In this document: positions 1 to 10,023 of the stretch, in pieces
Layout of the letters: the number at the start of each line of letters is the position of its first letter
How positions within the stretch are numbered: the stretch's first letter is position 1
Assembly (NCBI GenBank): GCA_963713975.1
Contig: OY970218.1
Coordinates: 3,360,001 to 3,424,000, forward strand
Reading direction: 5' to 3'
Length of the DNA stretch: 64,000 nt
DNA from: an uncultured Chloroflexia bacterium
Lineage (GTDB): Bacteria > Chloroflexota > Limnocylindria > Limnocylindrales > CSP1-4
The notes under the pieces: model-generated
Told to the model about the DNA's origin: nothing
Seen by the model: only the letters and a program-made list of their open reading frames with translations
Database searches by the model: none
Program-made: the position numbers and the translations under genes

Positions 1-637
1 CCTGCTTCTCGGCGGCCGCAACGTACAGCGCGAGCAGGATGGGAGCCGTGGCGTTGATCGTCATCGAGGTGCTGACCGTGCCCAGCGGGATGCCGGCGAA
101 CAGGACCTCCATGTCGGCCAGCGATGAGACCGGTACCCCCACCCGTCCCACCTCGCCCTCGGCCTCGGGCGCGTCCGAGTCGAACCCCATCTGGGTGGGC
201 AGGTCGAAGGCGACGGAGAGACCGGTCTGACCCTGCTCCAGCAGGTAGCGGAAGCGCTCGTTGGTCTCGGCGGCCGTCGCGAAGCCCGCGTACTGGCGCA
301 TCGTCCAGAACCGGGAGCGGTACATCGTCGGTTGCACGCCACGAGTGAACGGGTACTCGCCCGGCAGCCCGAGGTCCACCGCGGGGTCCATGGCCGCGAC
401 ATCATCGGGCGTGTAGACATCCGAGATGGCGATCTCCGAGGTGGTCGCGAACACGTCCCTGCGCTCCGCCGAGGCGGCAACGGCCCTGGACCGCGTGGTG
501 GCACGCCAGCGCTCCACGTCAGCGACGTGACCGGACGCCGCCGGATCGCCGCCGCGACCTCCGTCCGGCGGCTGGTTCGCCTCCCCACCACCGGCCTGGC
601 TCGCGCCGCCCCGTGCTGCCTGCGCCTCCTCGTCCAC
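1..637 (-). CDS. Methylmalonyl-CoA mutase, N-terminal (substrate-binding) subunit; runs off window start
   Basis: Translated by hand (not in ORF track): [50 protein letters not shown]; GTG at 637 preceded by GGAGG. Confidence 0.93.
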   Translation of the reverse strand, partial: MDEEAQAARGGASQAGGGEANQPPDGGRGGDPAASGHVADVERWRATTRSRAVAASAERRDVFATTSEIAISDVYTPDDVAAMDPAVDLGLPGEYPFTRGVQPTMYRSRFWTMRQYAGFATAAETNERFRYLLEQGQTGLSVAFDLPTQMGFDSDAPEAEGEVGRVGVPVSSLADMEVLFAGIPLGTVSTSMTINATAPILLALYVAAAEKQ

Positions 638-648
638 CCAGACCTCCG

Positions 649-1335
649 CTAGCTGATGACCACGAGCAGGTCGCCGATCTCGATGTTGACGCCCACGGTG
701 ACCCCGACGCGGTCGATCGTCCCGTCCCGCGGCGCACGGAGCTCGTTCTGCATCTTCATCGCCTCGACCACCAGGAGCTGCTGGCCCGCCGTGACCGCGT
801 CGCCGGCCGCGACGGACACCGACACCACCTTACCCGGGATGATGGCCTTGACCTGCAATGGTCCGCTCTGCGCGTTCGACGCACGCCCACGGCCGGCCCG
901 CTCACGAAGCGCCGCGATCCGCTCGGACTCTACGTCCACGAGGAAGCGGAAACCGTCGACCAGCACCTCGCGAACGCGGACCCCGACAGGCCCCGGCGAT
1001 GAGGGCTCGAGGATCACCCTGGTGGCGTCGCCATCCTCGACCAGCGCGAAGCGGCCCTCGCCCGTGCACCAGACAGCCGCGTCCATGGGCGTGTCGTCCA
1101 CGAGCACCCGTCTTTGCGCAAGGACACTCCCCCGCTCCGCGCCATCCGATTCGATGGCAACGCCACCGAGCGGGCCCGTGCCCACGGTCGGGTTCGTCAT
1201 GCGCAGCGGCTCGGGCGAGGGCCCGATGCGCATCGCCGGCTCGTCCCCGATCCGATTGATCGCGGACAACTGCACGCGCACCGCTCGCGGGTCCACCTGG
1301 GCATGCACGACCTGGTCCGTCGTCAGCTCGGCCAT
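649..1335 (-). CDS. Biotin carboxyl carrier (biotin/lipoyl attachment) protein
   Basis: C-terminal EAMKMQNE biotinylation motif; ATG overlaps end of biotin carboxylase gene. Confidence 0.88.
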   Translation of the reverse strand: MAELTTDQVVHAQVDPRAVRVQLSAINRIGDEPAMRIGPSPEPLRMTNPTVGTGPLGGVAIESDGAERGSVLAQRRVLVDDTPMDAAVWCTGEGRFALVEDGDATRVILEPSSPGPVGVRVREVLVDGFRFLVDVESERIAALRERAGRGRASNAQSGPLQVKAIIPGKVVSVSVAAGDAVTAGQQLLVVEAMKMQNELRAPRDGTIDRVGVTVGVNIEIGDLLVVIS

Positions 1336-2912
1336 CGGTCCGCTCCCCGTATGCGTGCACCCTGTCGCCATCCACTGCCGCCGATCGCTTGACGAGACGC
1401 GGTGCCCGCCGTCGTCCCTGCCGACGTGCCCGCCAAGGTACCCGCCGCCGCCGGTTCCCGGCTGATGGCTTCCAAACCCGTTGCGAGCAATGCGCGGCGA
1501 CGCGCCGCGGACCGGGCCGCGTCCCCTTTCCAGTGCTGCTCAACCCATCCGGTCGACAGGTCGCCGTCGCGGAAGGCCGCGCTCCGCGCGACCTCGCGGT
1601 GGAACGGGACGGTCGTCTGGACACCGCCGATCTCCGTCTCGTCCAGGGCACGGCGCAACCTGTCGATGGCCGCATCGCGGTCATGGGCGTGGACCATCAG
1701 CTTCGCGATCAGGTTGTCGTACTCCGCGGGCACACGATCGCCGGCCTCGATATGCGTATCGACGCGCACGCCCGGACCGGCCGGCATGACCCAGCGTCCG
1801 ACCCGGCCCGGCGTCGGGGCGAAGGCCTGTGCGGGATCCTCGGCCGCGATGCGTACCTCGATCGCGTGGCTCGACGGCGTCGCCGCCCGCTCCCCCGCGG
1901 CGACGACCTCCGCGCTCAACGGCTCCCCGGCCGCGATCCGGAACTGCTCACGGACGATGTCCACCCCGGACACAAGCTCCGTCACGCCGTGCTCCACCTG
2001 GAGTCGTGTGTTGACCTCCAGGAACCAGAAGTTGCCTTCCGGGTCATGCAGGAACTCGCAGGTCGCCGCATTGCGGAGTCCCGCCGCCTCGCCCAGCCGG
2101 ATGGCCAGGCCGTGCAGATGACGACGCTGGCCCTCGCTCAACCCGGGCGCCGGGGCCTCCTCCACGAGCTTCTGGTGGCGACGCTGGAGCGAGCAGTCGC
2201 GCTCCCCGAGCGCGACGACACGACCCTGCGCGTCGGCGAGCAGCTGGACCTCGATGTGGCGCGCGGGCAGGATCTCGCGCTCCAGGTAGACGGAACCATC
2301 GCCAAATGCGGACGCCGCCTCGCTGGATCCGGAGACGAGCGCCGCAGCCAGGTCCTGCTCGCGGGTGACGCGTCGCATTCCCCGGCCACCACCCCCCGCG
2401 GCTGCCTTGACGAGCAACGGGAATCCGATCTCGCGTGCCGTGGCAAGGATCTGCGCCACTTGATCCGGGTGGTCCACCGGCGCGGGCTCCAGGGTCCCCG
2501 GCACCGACGGCACACCGACCTGCGCGGCGAGCCGGCGCGCATTGAGCTTGTCGCCCAATGCCTCGATCGCATCCGATGCCGGTCCCACGAACACGATGCC
2601 GGCATCCTCCGCGGCCCGCGCAAACGCGGCCCGCTCGGCGAGGAACCCGTAGCCCGGGTGGATCGCCTCTGCTCCGGTCGAGCGCGCCGCGTCGATCACG
2701 GCGTCGATCCGGAGGTAGCTCTCGGACGGGGCGGACGGCCCGATGTGGACGGCCTGGTCGGCAAGTCGGACGTGGGCGGCACCGACGTCGGCGTCGCTGT
2801 AGACGGCGACGGCCTCCATCCCCATCTCGTGGCAGGCCCTGATGATCCGGACCGCGATCTCGCCGCGATTTGCGATCAGTACGCGCCGGAACGGCGCCGC
2901 CTGGGTCGTCAT
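1323..2912 (-). CDS. accC: Biotin carboxylase subunit of acyl-CoA carboxylase
   Basis: LIANRGEIA, HPGYGFLAE, GGGGRGMR, RDCSLQRRHQK, EVNTRLQVEH motifs. Confidence 0.95.
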   Translation of the reverse strand: MTTQAAPFRRVLIANRGEIAVRIIRACHEMGMEAVAVYSDADVGAAHVRLADQAVHIGPSAPSESYLRIDAVIDAARSTGAEAIHPGYGFLAERAAFARAAEDAGIVFVGPASDAIEALGDKLNARRLAAQVGVPSVPGTLEPAPVDHPDQVAQILATAREIGFPLLVKAAAGGGGRGMRRVTREQDLAAALVSGSSEAASAFGDGSVYLEREILPARHIEVQLLADAQGRVVALGERDCSLQRRHQKLVEEAPAPGLSEGQRRHLHGLAIRLGEAAGLRNAATCEFLHDPEGNFWFLEVNTRLQVEHGVTELVSGVDIVREQFRIAAGEPLSAEVVAAGERAATPSSHAIEVRIAAEDPAQAFAPTPGRVGRWVMPAGPGVRVDTHIEAGDRVPAEYDNLIAKLMVHAHDRDAAIDRLRRALDETEIGGVQTTVPFHREVARSAAFRDGDLSTGWVEQHWKGDAARSAARRRALLATGLEAISREPAAAGTLAGTSAGTTAGTASRQAIGGSGWRQGARIRGADRWPS

Positions 2913-2960
2913 CGGGTGCTCCCCGGTCGGTTGTCTGTGCGCAAAGACACTGGCGGAGGG

Positions 2961-4565
2961 TCAGAGCGGAATGTTGCCATGCTTCTTCCGCGGGTTGGTG
3001 TCGCGCTTGTCCGCAAGAACCTCCAGCGAGCGGATCAGCCTCGGCCGTGTCTCGCGCGGGAGGATGACTTCGTCGATGTAGCCCCGGGCTGCAGCGATGT
3101 ACGGATTGGAGAACTCCTTCTCGTACTGGCTCACGAGCCGGCGATGTTCGGCGGCGCCATCCTCGGCATGCGCGATCGCGTCCTTGAAGATGATGTTCAC
3201 CGCCCCCGCGGCCCCCATCACCGCGATCTCCGCGGTTGGCCAGGCGAAGTTCATGTCACCCCGGATGTGCTTGCTGCTCATCACGTCGTAGGCACCCCCG
3301 TAGGCCTTGCGTGTGATCACGGTGACCTTGGGGACGGTCGCCTCGCAATAGGCGTATAGGAGCTTCGCGCCATGCTTGATGATCCCGCCATGCTCCTGGG
3401 CGACGCCGGGCAGGAAGCCCGGGACGTCGACGAAGGTCACCAGTGGCACGTTGAACGCATCGCAGGTTCGCACGAACCGCGCCGCCTTCACCGACGCGTC
3501 GATGTCGAGCGCGCCCGCAAGCACCGCGGGCTGCTGGGCGACGATCCCCACAGGCCGGCCCCCGAGTCGCGCGAACCCGATGAGAATGTTTCCCGCCCAC
3601 GCAGGCTGGAGCTCGAAGAACTCGCCGTCGTCGACGATCCGGTTCAGGACGTCGTGCATGTCGTAGGGGGTGTGTGGCTCGTCCGGGACGATGCCGTCCA
3701 GCTCCGGTGCCATGCGGTCCGACGGATCCGTTGTGGAGGTGACCGGCGGATCGGCAAGGTTGTTCTGCGGCAGGTGGGCCAGCAGGCGCTTGACGTGGTC
3801 CATCGCCTCGGCCTCGTCGCGGGCCGCGAGGTGCGCCACGCCGCTCCGGCCGGTGTGGACGCCCGCACCGCCGAGGGCCTCGGCGTCGACCTCCTCGTGG
3901 GTCACGGCCTTCACCACGTTGGGACCGGTGACGAACATGTAGCTCGTCCCCTCCACCATCACGGTGAAGTCGGTCATCGCCGGCGAGTACACGGCACCGC
4001 CCGCGCATGGACCAAGGATCACCGAGATCTGGGGGACGACGCCGGAGGCAAGCACGTTGCGGAGGAAGATCTCCGCGTAGCCGCCGAGCGAGGCAACGCC
4101 CTCCTGGATGCGGGCCCCACCCAAATCGTTGAGCCCGACCACCGGCGCACCGACCTTCATCGCCAGGTCCATGATCTTGCAGATCTTCTCCGCGTACGCC
4201 TCGGACAGGGATCCGCCGAAGACGGTGAAGTCCTGCGAGAACACAAACACCAGGCGGCCATCGATCGTGCCGTGCCCGGTCACGACACCATCGCCGAGGA
4301 AGTGCTGACGGTCGAGGCCGAACTCGGTCGCACGGTGGGTGACGAAGGCGTCCATCTCCACGAACGAGCCCGGGTCCAGCAAGAGGTCGAGGCGCTCCCG
4401 TGCGGTCAGCTTGCCCCACGCATGCTGGCGCTCGATCCGCACCGGACCACCGCCCAGGAGGGCTTCCGCGCGCATCTGCTCCAGACGGGCGATCCGTTCC
4501 GCATTCTTGGACACGTCCAGTGCTCCCTCCGGGATCCCGGGCTGGCTGTCGTTGCGCAAAGACAT
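2961..4565 (-). CDS. pccB: Propionyl-CoA carboxylase carboxyltransferase (beta) subunit
   Basis: [33 protein letters not shown]-terminal KKHGNIPL; clustered with mutase. Confidence 0.92.
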   Translation of the reverse strand: MSLRNDSQPGIPEGALDVSKNAERIARLEQMRAEALLGGGPVRIERQHAWGKLTARERLDLLLDPGSFVEMDAFVTHRATEFGLDRQHFLGDGVVTGHGTIDGRLVFVFSQDFTVFGGSLSEAYAEKICKIMDLAMKVGAPVVGLNDLGGARIQEGVASLGGYAEIFLRNVLASGVVPQISVILGPCAGGAVYSPAMTDFTVMVEGTSYMFVTGPNVVKAVTHEEVDAEALGGAGVHTGRSGVAHLAARDEAEAMDHVKRLLAHLPQNNLADPPVTSTTDPSDRMAPELDGIVPDEPHTPYDMHDVLNRIVDDGEFFELQPAWAGNILIGFARLGGRPVGIVAQQPAVLAGALDIDASVKAARFVRTCDAFNVPLVTFVDVPGFLPGVAQEHGGIIKHGAKLLYAYCEATVPKVTVITRKAYGGAYDVMSSKHIRGDMNFAWPTAEIAVMGAAGAVNIIFKDAIAHAEDGAAEHRRLVSQYEKEFSNPYIAAARGYIDEVILPRETRPRLIRSLEVLADKRDTNPRKKHGNIPL

Positions 4566-4735
4566 CGGGTTGTCCCCATCATAGGCGGGACGACCACCGC
4601 CCTTGTGGGCCGGTCGGCAGGGCCAGTCCTCGGGATCCGGACGCGCGGTGGCTGCAGCGCTCCCGGTTTCCGGTTTGTGATCGCCGGGTTGCGGGTTCGA
4701 TATGGGTGTTGCGGTAGCACGCCGGCCCCGGCTGG

Positions 4736-4777
4736 ATATCCACAATACGGTGCACAACTCGGCCCTGGTGTGGACAA
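4736..4777. promoter_or_regulatory. Cluster of three DnaA-box-like 9-mers upstream of parA
   Basis: ATATCCACA (4736-4744), GGTGCACAA (4749-4757; rc TTGTGCACC), TGTGGACAA (4769-4777; rc TTGTCCACA). Confidence 0.5.
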
Positions 4778-4869
4778 CACGCTCCGCCATCCGGCGCGGC
4801 GCTGTAGCATTCGCCGAGTCTCGTCGTCACATCCGGCCCCGCGGGCCGTTCGCTTCCGAGGTGGTGCCC

Positions 4870-5640
4870 TTGACCCACGTGATCGCGATTGCCAACCAGA
4901 AGGGTGGCGTCGGCAAGACCACGACTGCGATCAATCTCGCCGGCGCGCTCACCGAGCACGGCCTCCGCGTGCTGCTCATTGACATGGATCCACAGGCAAA
5001 CCTGACGGCCGGCGTGGGCATCAACCTCAATACCGTGGAGCGGTCCATGGCTGACGTCCTGGCCGACGGCCGGTGCACGCTCGCCGAGGCCGTGCTCCCT
5101 ACGGAGACCGCCGGCATCGACGTCGCCCCCGCGCACATCGACCTCGCCAGCACGGAAGGCGAGTTGTTCACGGCGCTGGGTCGTGAGGGGATCCTGCGCG
5201 ATGCGATGAGCGAGGCGATCGGGGATTACGACTACGTGCTCATCGACTGCCCGCCGAACCTCGGGCTGCTGACGGTGAACGGCCTCGTCGCCGCGAACAG
5301 CGTGATCATCCCGGTGCAGACGCAGTTCTACGCGATGAAGGGCCTCAACAACCTGGTCAAGGTCATCAATGCGATCCGGCTCAAGCTCAACCGGGACCTC
5401 CGTATCCTCGGGCTGCTGCCCACGTTCTACGACGGCCGCACCAACCTCGCGAAGGACATGCTCGACGAGCTGCGCGTCGTCGGCGATCACCACGTCTTCC
5501 GCACCATCATCCGGAACACCGTGAAGCTAGGCGAGGCGCCCCTCGTCGGACGGCCGATCACGTCGTACGCGAGTTCGTCCGACGCCGCCGCCCGGTACCG
5601 CGAGCTCGCCCGGGAGGTGATCGAACTTGGCCAGGACTGA
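4870..5640 (+). CDS. parA: ParA/Soj family ATPase
   Basis: Deviant Walker [26 protein letters not shown]; TTG start after GAGGTG. Confidence 0.95.
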   Translation: MTHVIAIANQKGGVGKTTTAINLAGALTEHGLRVLLIDMDPQANLTAGVGINLNTVERSMADVLADGRCTLAEAVLPTETAGIDVAPAHIDLASTEGELFTALGREGILRDAMSEAIGDYDYVLIDCPPNLGLLTVNGLVAANSVIIPVQTQFYAMKGLNNLVKVINAIRLKLNRDLRILGLLPTFYDGRTNLAKDMLDELRVVGDHHVFRTIIRNTVKLGEAPLVGRPITSYASSSDAAARYRELAREVIELGQD

Positions 5641-6637
5641 CTTCCGAGCGGCAGCCGCCCGCCGCCTCTCCGAGGAGCGCGAGCTCCCGCCCGCGATCGT
5701 CAGCCTCCTCTCACCGGAGACGACGCATCGCTCGACCGGCGTCAAGGTCGTGCCCCTCGATCGTGTCGAATCGAACCCCGAGCAGCCGCGGCTGGCCTTC
5801 GACGAGGAGACGCTCAAGGAGCTGGCCGCCAGCATTCGCGAGCACGGGGTGCTCCAGCCGATCCTCGTGCGGCCCATTGGCGAGAACCATTTCCAGCTGA
5901 TCGCGGGCGAGCGTCGCTGGCGAGCGTCCAAGCTGGCCGGCATGATCACGATCCCCGCCCTCGTTGAGGACATCGACGACGAGACTGCCCTCGAGATCTC
6001 GATCATCGAGAACCTCCAGCGCGAGGACATCTCGCCGCTCGACGAGGCGGCGATGTACGACCGGATGATCCGGGACCACGGGTACAGCATCCGCAAGCTC
6101 GCCGAGAAGCTGGGCAAGGACAAGGGGTACCTGGAGAACCGCCTCCGGCTGGCCGACGCCCCGCCCGAGGTCCGGGAGCTCGTGTCTTTGCGCAAGGACA
6201 CCCTCTCGCACGCTTATGAGCTCATGAAAGTGACCGACCCCCGGAAGCGCAAGAAGCTTGCCGACCAGGTCGCCCGCAACGAGCTGTCGCTGGTCAAGCT
6301 CCGCGAGCGGATCGAGGGACGACCGGCCCGCCAGGCCCCCGATCCCGAAGGCGAGGAGCTGGAAGCGCCGGTGGCGGAACCCGAGCCCGAGGTGGCCGCC
6401 GAGGGCTGGACCGATCACACCGGCGGCCCCGAGCCCATCCGCGACGACACCCTGGTGACCGCCAAGCAGCAGCTCAACACCGCGGTCGAGGACCTGCTGG
6501 ACGTCCTCCGCAACCCGGAGGTCCTCGCGGCGATCGGCTCGACCGACCGGACCAACCTCGCCAAGTACCTGACGATCGCCAAGCTCAGGCTGGAGAACGC
6601 GATCGCGGTCGTGCGCACCGGAGACTCCGACCGCTAG
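5627..6637 (+). CDS. parB: ParB/Spo0J family partition protein
   Basis: [38 protein letters not shown]; overlaps parA. Confidence 0.95.
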   Translation: MARTDFRAAAARRLSEERELPPAIVSLLSPETTHRSTGVKVVPLDRVESNPEQPRLAFDEETLKELAASIREHGVLQPILVRPIGENHFQLIAGERRWRASKLAGMITIPALVEDIDDETALEISIIENLQREDISPLDEAAMYDRMIRDHGYSIRKLAEKLGKDKGYLENRLRLADAPPEVRELVSLRKDTLSHAYELMKVTDPRKRKKLADQVARNELSLVKLRERIEGRPARQAPDPEGEELEAPVAEPEPEVAAEGWTDHTGGPEPIRDDTLVTAKQQLNTAVEDLLDVLRNPEVLAAIGSTDRTNLAKYLTIAKLRLENAIAVVRTGDSDR

Positions 6638-6655
6638 GCCTCCCCTCCCCGACCC

Positions 6656-6692
6656 ACAAATAGAAGCCGGCGCCATGATTGGCGCCGGCTTC
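6656..6692 (-). terminator. Intrinsic terminator-like hairpin (may act bidirectionally)
   Basis: Perfect 13-bp stem GAAGCCGGCGCCA-tgat-TGGCGCCGGCTTC (6663-6692); TATTTGT follows on minus strand. Confidence 0.7.
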
Positions 6693-6801
6693 ATAAGTCC
6701 TGCCGCCCAACTGGGCAAGGGCGGTGGCGATGGGATCAACTGGTGGTCGCCGGTGCGGGTCCCCTGGGTCACATCGGGGGCCCCGTCGGCCTCGACGAAG
6801 G
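6656..6801 (-). ncRNA. Candidate small structured RNA (possibly 6S-like)
   Basis: TACGAT -10 at 6807-6812 on minus strand, no credible ORF, nested complementarity, ends in a strong terminator. Confidence 0.35.
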
Positions 6802-6890
6802 AGGCAATCGTACCGGCGGTTTGGGTGGACCGCGAGAGGTACTTCCGTTCCGGAGCGGCCGGGACCTTGGGTGGTTCGCCGGCGCACCGG

Positions 6891-7820
6891 TCAGCTCGCG
6901 GGCGACCCGACCGTGGCGCTCAGGGCACCCAGCCAAGCCACGGCCAGCAGGCCCGTCCCGACTGCCTGGACGTCCCACGAGAGCTCCCGGAGGCCCGTGA
7001 TCCCGCGCCTCGCGGCCAGGAGTCCCATCACCGCCCCTCCGATTGGCGCCATGGTCGCGAGCAGCACGGCACCAACCCATCCTGTCGGAGCCCCGAGTGC
7101 AACCGACGTGCCCACGGCGAGCACGGCGACGACCACCTGAAGGGCGAGCACGAGGCGCGAGGCCCGGGCCCAGCCCAGGGCCAGCGCGATCGACCGCTGC
7201 CCGGCGGCGCGATCGCGCTCCATGTCCACCAGGGAGTTGGCAAGGGCAAGTGCGGTTCCCGCGTTGGCCGCTGCTGGGATCAGGACCAGGAACAGGCCCG
7301 GCAGCTCACCGGTTGCCCCGTACCAGCCATAGACGGGAAGGAGCGGGATCCCGGTCGCGAGCGGCAGCCAGGAGAGCGTGGTGCCCTTCGCCCAGAGGTC
7401 GTAGGCGATGCCGATGGCGAGGCCGACGACGGCCAGCAGCAGGGCACCCGGGCCGCCCACGAGCGAGAGCAGGAGCCCTGCCGACCCGGCCACGACGGCC
7501 GCGAGCCTCGCCTGGGTGACCGACACCAGGCCGTCCGGGATGGGTTTGCCAGCCTTGAGGCCCGCGTCGGTCGAGGCGTCCACGAGATCGTTGACGATGC
7601 CGATCGTGAACTGGAGCAGGGTCATCGAGAGGCCGAGCGCCGCCGCGATCGGCAGACCGCCACCGGCCACGAGGGCCACCAGGGCGACGACGGCGCCATC
7701 GAGCAGCGACGGGAACGGGTGAACGAGGCGGGCGACCGTCAGGAGCCGGGCAGCGGATGAGACGAGTGCCGCGGGTCGGTACGCCACCGGTCCGGGTACC
7801 TCCGGCTCGGAGGTCGCCAC
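6891..7820 (-). CDS. UbiA family prenyltransferase
   Basis: NDLVDASTD and NSLVDMERD aspartate-rich motifs, KPIPDG, multiple TM segments. Confidence 0.88.
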   Translation of the reverse strand: MATSEPEVPGPVAYRPAALVSSAARLLTVARLVHPFPSLLDGAVVALVALVAGGGLPIAAALGLSMTLLQFTIGIVNDLVDASTDAGLKAGKPIPDGLVSVTQARLAAVVAGSAGLLLSLVGGPGALLLAVVGLAIGIAYDLWAKGTTLSWLPLATGIPLLPVYGWYGATGELPGLFLVLIPAAANAGTALALANSLVDMERDRAAGQRSIALALGWARASRLVLALQVVVAVLAVGTSVALGAPTGWVGAVLLATMAPIGGAVMGLLAARRGITGLRELSWDVQAVGTGLLAVAWLGALSATVGSPAS

Positions 7821-7872
7821 GGCGAGCGGCGCCGCTGCGGGGCCTGTGGCGGGGCCCGGCGTGGCCGGATCG

Positions 7873-8238
7873 TCAGACGTAGACGATCTCGTCGAAACAG
7901 GCCACGAGATACTCGATCAGCCGCTCCCGACCGTCTGGCGTCTGCGACCGGACACCGGGCACCAGCGCCCAGAGTGCGACAGCGGGGACCATCAGCCGCC
8001 CCTCGGCGTCGCGTCCCACCGTGGCAGGCGGGCCGCCACCAAAAGCGAACACGCGTTCGAATTCCTGTTCCGTGAGCCCTGTGGCGCGGCGGAAGTCCTC
8101 CACGACGCGCACGACACCGCGACGGATCGCGACGTCCCGCATCATCTCGGCGGCCCAGGAATCGATCTGGCCGTCGGGCTGCTCCGCGAGGCGCGCGCGG
8201 TACTCGGTGGTGTCGACTGAGAGGCCTGTCGCTCCCAC
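7873..8238 (-). CDS. Hypothetical protein (121 aa)
   Basis: Protein-like ORF with GC3-rich codons; GGAG upstream. Confidence 0.7.
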   Translation of the reverse strand: MGATGLSVDTTEYRARLAEQPDGQIDSWAAEMMRDVAIRRGVVRVVEDFRRATGLTEQEFERVFAFGGGPPATVGRDAEGRLMVPAVALWALVPGVRSQTPDGRERLIEYLVACFDEIVYV

Positions 8239-8288
8239 GGGTTCTCCATGCGTTCGATGGTCACCCAGCAGGATGCCACAAGCCGGGG

Positions 8289-9065
8289 TCAGCCGGGACC
8301 CGCGCCAGCCTCGTCGCGGTTGCGTGCCAGGTCGGCGGCGTCACCCTGGCCGTGTGCCGGGCGGCTCCCCTCGGGCCAGTCGTTGAACAGCTCGGTGAGC
8401 CAGCGCCCGAAGCGGCCGGGCTCCTCGCGATCCGGGAAGTCGGCCACCATCGCCAGCAGCGCGTCACTTGTCCGCTTCGTGAGGACGTCGACGGCGCCCC
8501 GCGTCGGGCGTCCCTCGGCCGGCAGCGGCTCACCCACGCGCACCCGGATGCGACGCCCGAAGCCGAGCCAGCTGGTGCCGTTGACGGCGATCGGGATGAT
8601 CGGGACGCCGGCGCGCAGGGCGAAGTACGCGGTCCCGTCCATGAGCGGCATCAGCTCCCGCTCGCCGCGGTGGATCCTCCCCTCCCCCGCGATCACGATG
8701 ACCCATCCGTCGTCCAGCACGCGCTGGACCCGCCGCGTCGTGTCGATCAGGTCCGTCTTCGCGGGCCTGTACGGGATCCCGAACCCGGCCCAGGAGATGA
8801 GCCGGTTGCGGGCACCCGACGTCATGTCGGCCTCCTTCGGTCCGAACATCGCGAGCATCGGGGCGGCCGGGAGGACGGCCAGCAGGATCAGGGGGTCGGT
8901 CCAGTTGAGGTGGTTGAAGCAGTAGATCGCCGGACCCTGTGCACAGTGATCACGCCCCTCGACGCGGAGGCGGAACAGGGCTCGCACGATAACGACGCAG
9001 AACCACCTGACCAGGCGGACTCGGGCGGGCCGGTGGACGGGGCCGACCAGGCTGGGCGTCGTCAC
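8289..9065 (-). CDS. Lysophospholipid acyltransferase (PlsC family)
   Basis: NHLNWTD (HX4D), AGEGR (FPEGTR-like), VPIIPIAV motifs. Confidence 0.9.
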   Translation of the reverse strand: MTTPSLVGPVHRPARVRLVRWFCVVIVRALFRLRVEGRDHCAQGPAIYCFNHLNWTDPLILLAVLPAAPMLAMFGPKEADMTSGARNRLISWAGFGIPYRPAKTDLIDTTRRVQRVLDDGWVIVIAGEGRIHRGERELMPLMDGTAYFALRAGVPIIPIAVNGTSWLGFGRRIRVRVGEPLPAEGRPTRGAVDVLTKRTSDALLAMVADFPDREEPGRFGRWLTELFNDWPEGSRPAHGQGDAADLARNRDEAGAGPG

Positions 9066-9162
9066 CCGCCGAGTATGCGCCGCGATGAGCGGGACCGAAG
9101 CGGCGAACCGGCGCCCAACGGAGAGGCGAGGAGCCTTCGTACGCCGGCGCGAAGCGCCGCGG

Positions 9163-9828
9163 TCAGTCAGGCAGCGCGTCCGGATCCAGGTCGGCGAGGC
9201 TCGGGACGACTGCGTCGGCAAGCTCGCGCGCATTCCCGGCCGGCGGGACGCTGGGATTCGGCACCAGGACGACCGTCATTCCGGCGGCCTTGCCTGCCCG
9301 GACCCCGTTCACCGAATCCTCCACGACCAGGCAGCGACGCGGATCCACGCCCAGCCGCGACGCCGCGAGGAGGTACACATCGGGTGCCGGCTTGCCACGG
9401 GCCACCTCGTCCGAGGAGACGATGGCACCCATGGTGTCGTGGAGGCCGAGCGCATCGACGGCGGCGGCGATCACGTCCCGGTGCGACGACGAGGCGATCG
9501 CCACCGGCCAGCCCAGCGCGATCCGTCGGACCTGCGCCGGGGCGTCGTCGATCACGGGGGCTGGCCGCGCGGCATAGCAGCCGACCACGCCCGCCACGAT
9601 CGCGTGCTGGATCTCGTCCTCGGCCAGCTCGTCGAGGCCCAGGCGCTGCCGCATGGTCCGCGCCCATTCGCGCGAGTTGCCGCCCATCACGGAGGCCTGG
9701 TCGTCGTCCGTCCACGGTCGCCGGTGCTCCCTGGCGAAGGTGATGCGCACCTCGTTCCACCACGGCTCGCTGTCGACCAGCACGCCGTCCATGTCGAACA
9801 GCACGGCATCGAAGCGACGATGGCCCAT
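9163..9828 (-). CDS. HAD family phosphatase
   Basis: FDMDGVLVDSE, ASSS, GKPAPD, EDSVNG motifs; GGAGG SD. Confidence 0.92.
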   Translation of the reverse strand: MGHRRFDAVLFDMDGVLVDSEPWWNEVRITFAREHRRPWTDDDQASVMGGNSREWARTMRQRLGLDELAEDEIQHAIVAGVVGCYAARPAPVIDDAPAQVRRIALGWPVAIASSSHRDVIAAAVDALGLHDTMGAIVSSDEVARGKPAPDVYLLAASRLGVDPRRCLVVEDSVNGVRAGKAAGMTVVLVPNPSVPPAGNARELADAVVPSLADLDPDALPD

Positions 9829-9950
9829 GTGACCTCCGGGGAACCGGCCAGCTTCCGTGACCGGGTGGGACACAGGCTAGCGAATCCGGACTGCCCGGGC
9901 CGCACGGGCCGCCTGGTGTGACTTCAGGGCGCCAGACGTGACACGAACGT

Positions 9951-9998
9951 TGAAGTCTCGCGTCAGTAGGGGTTTACCGAACGCACCACTCGGGACCT
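9951..9998 (+). repeat. Left terminal inverted repeat
   Basis: TGAAGTCTCGCGTCAGTAGGGGTTTACCGAACGCACCACTCGGGACCT, the exact reverse complement of 12263-12310. Confidence 0.95.
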
Positions 9999-10023
9999 CT
10001 GTGCCATCCGACCTGACACTCGG

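Noticed and set aside
6835-6865. SRP RNA-like CCGGAACGGAAG on the minus strand
   Set aside because: Lacks the CAGG...AGCAG internal-loop signature of SRP domain IV.
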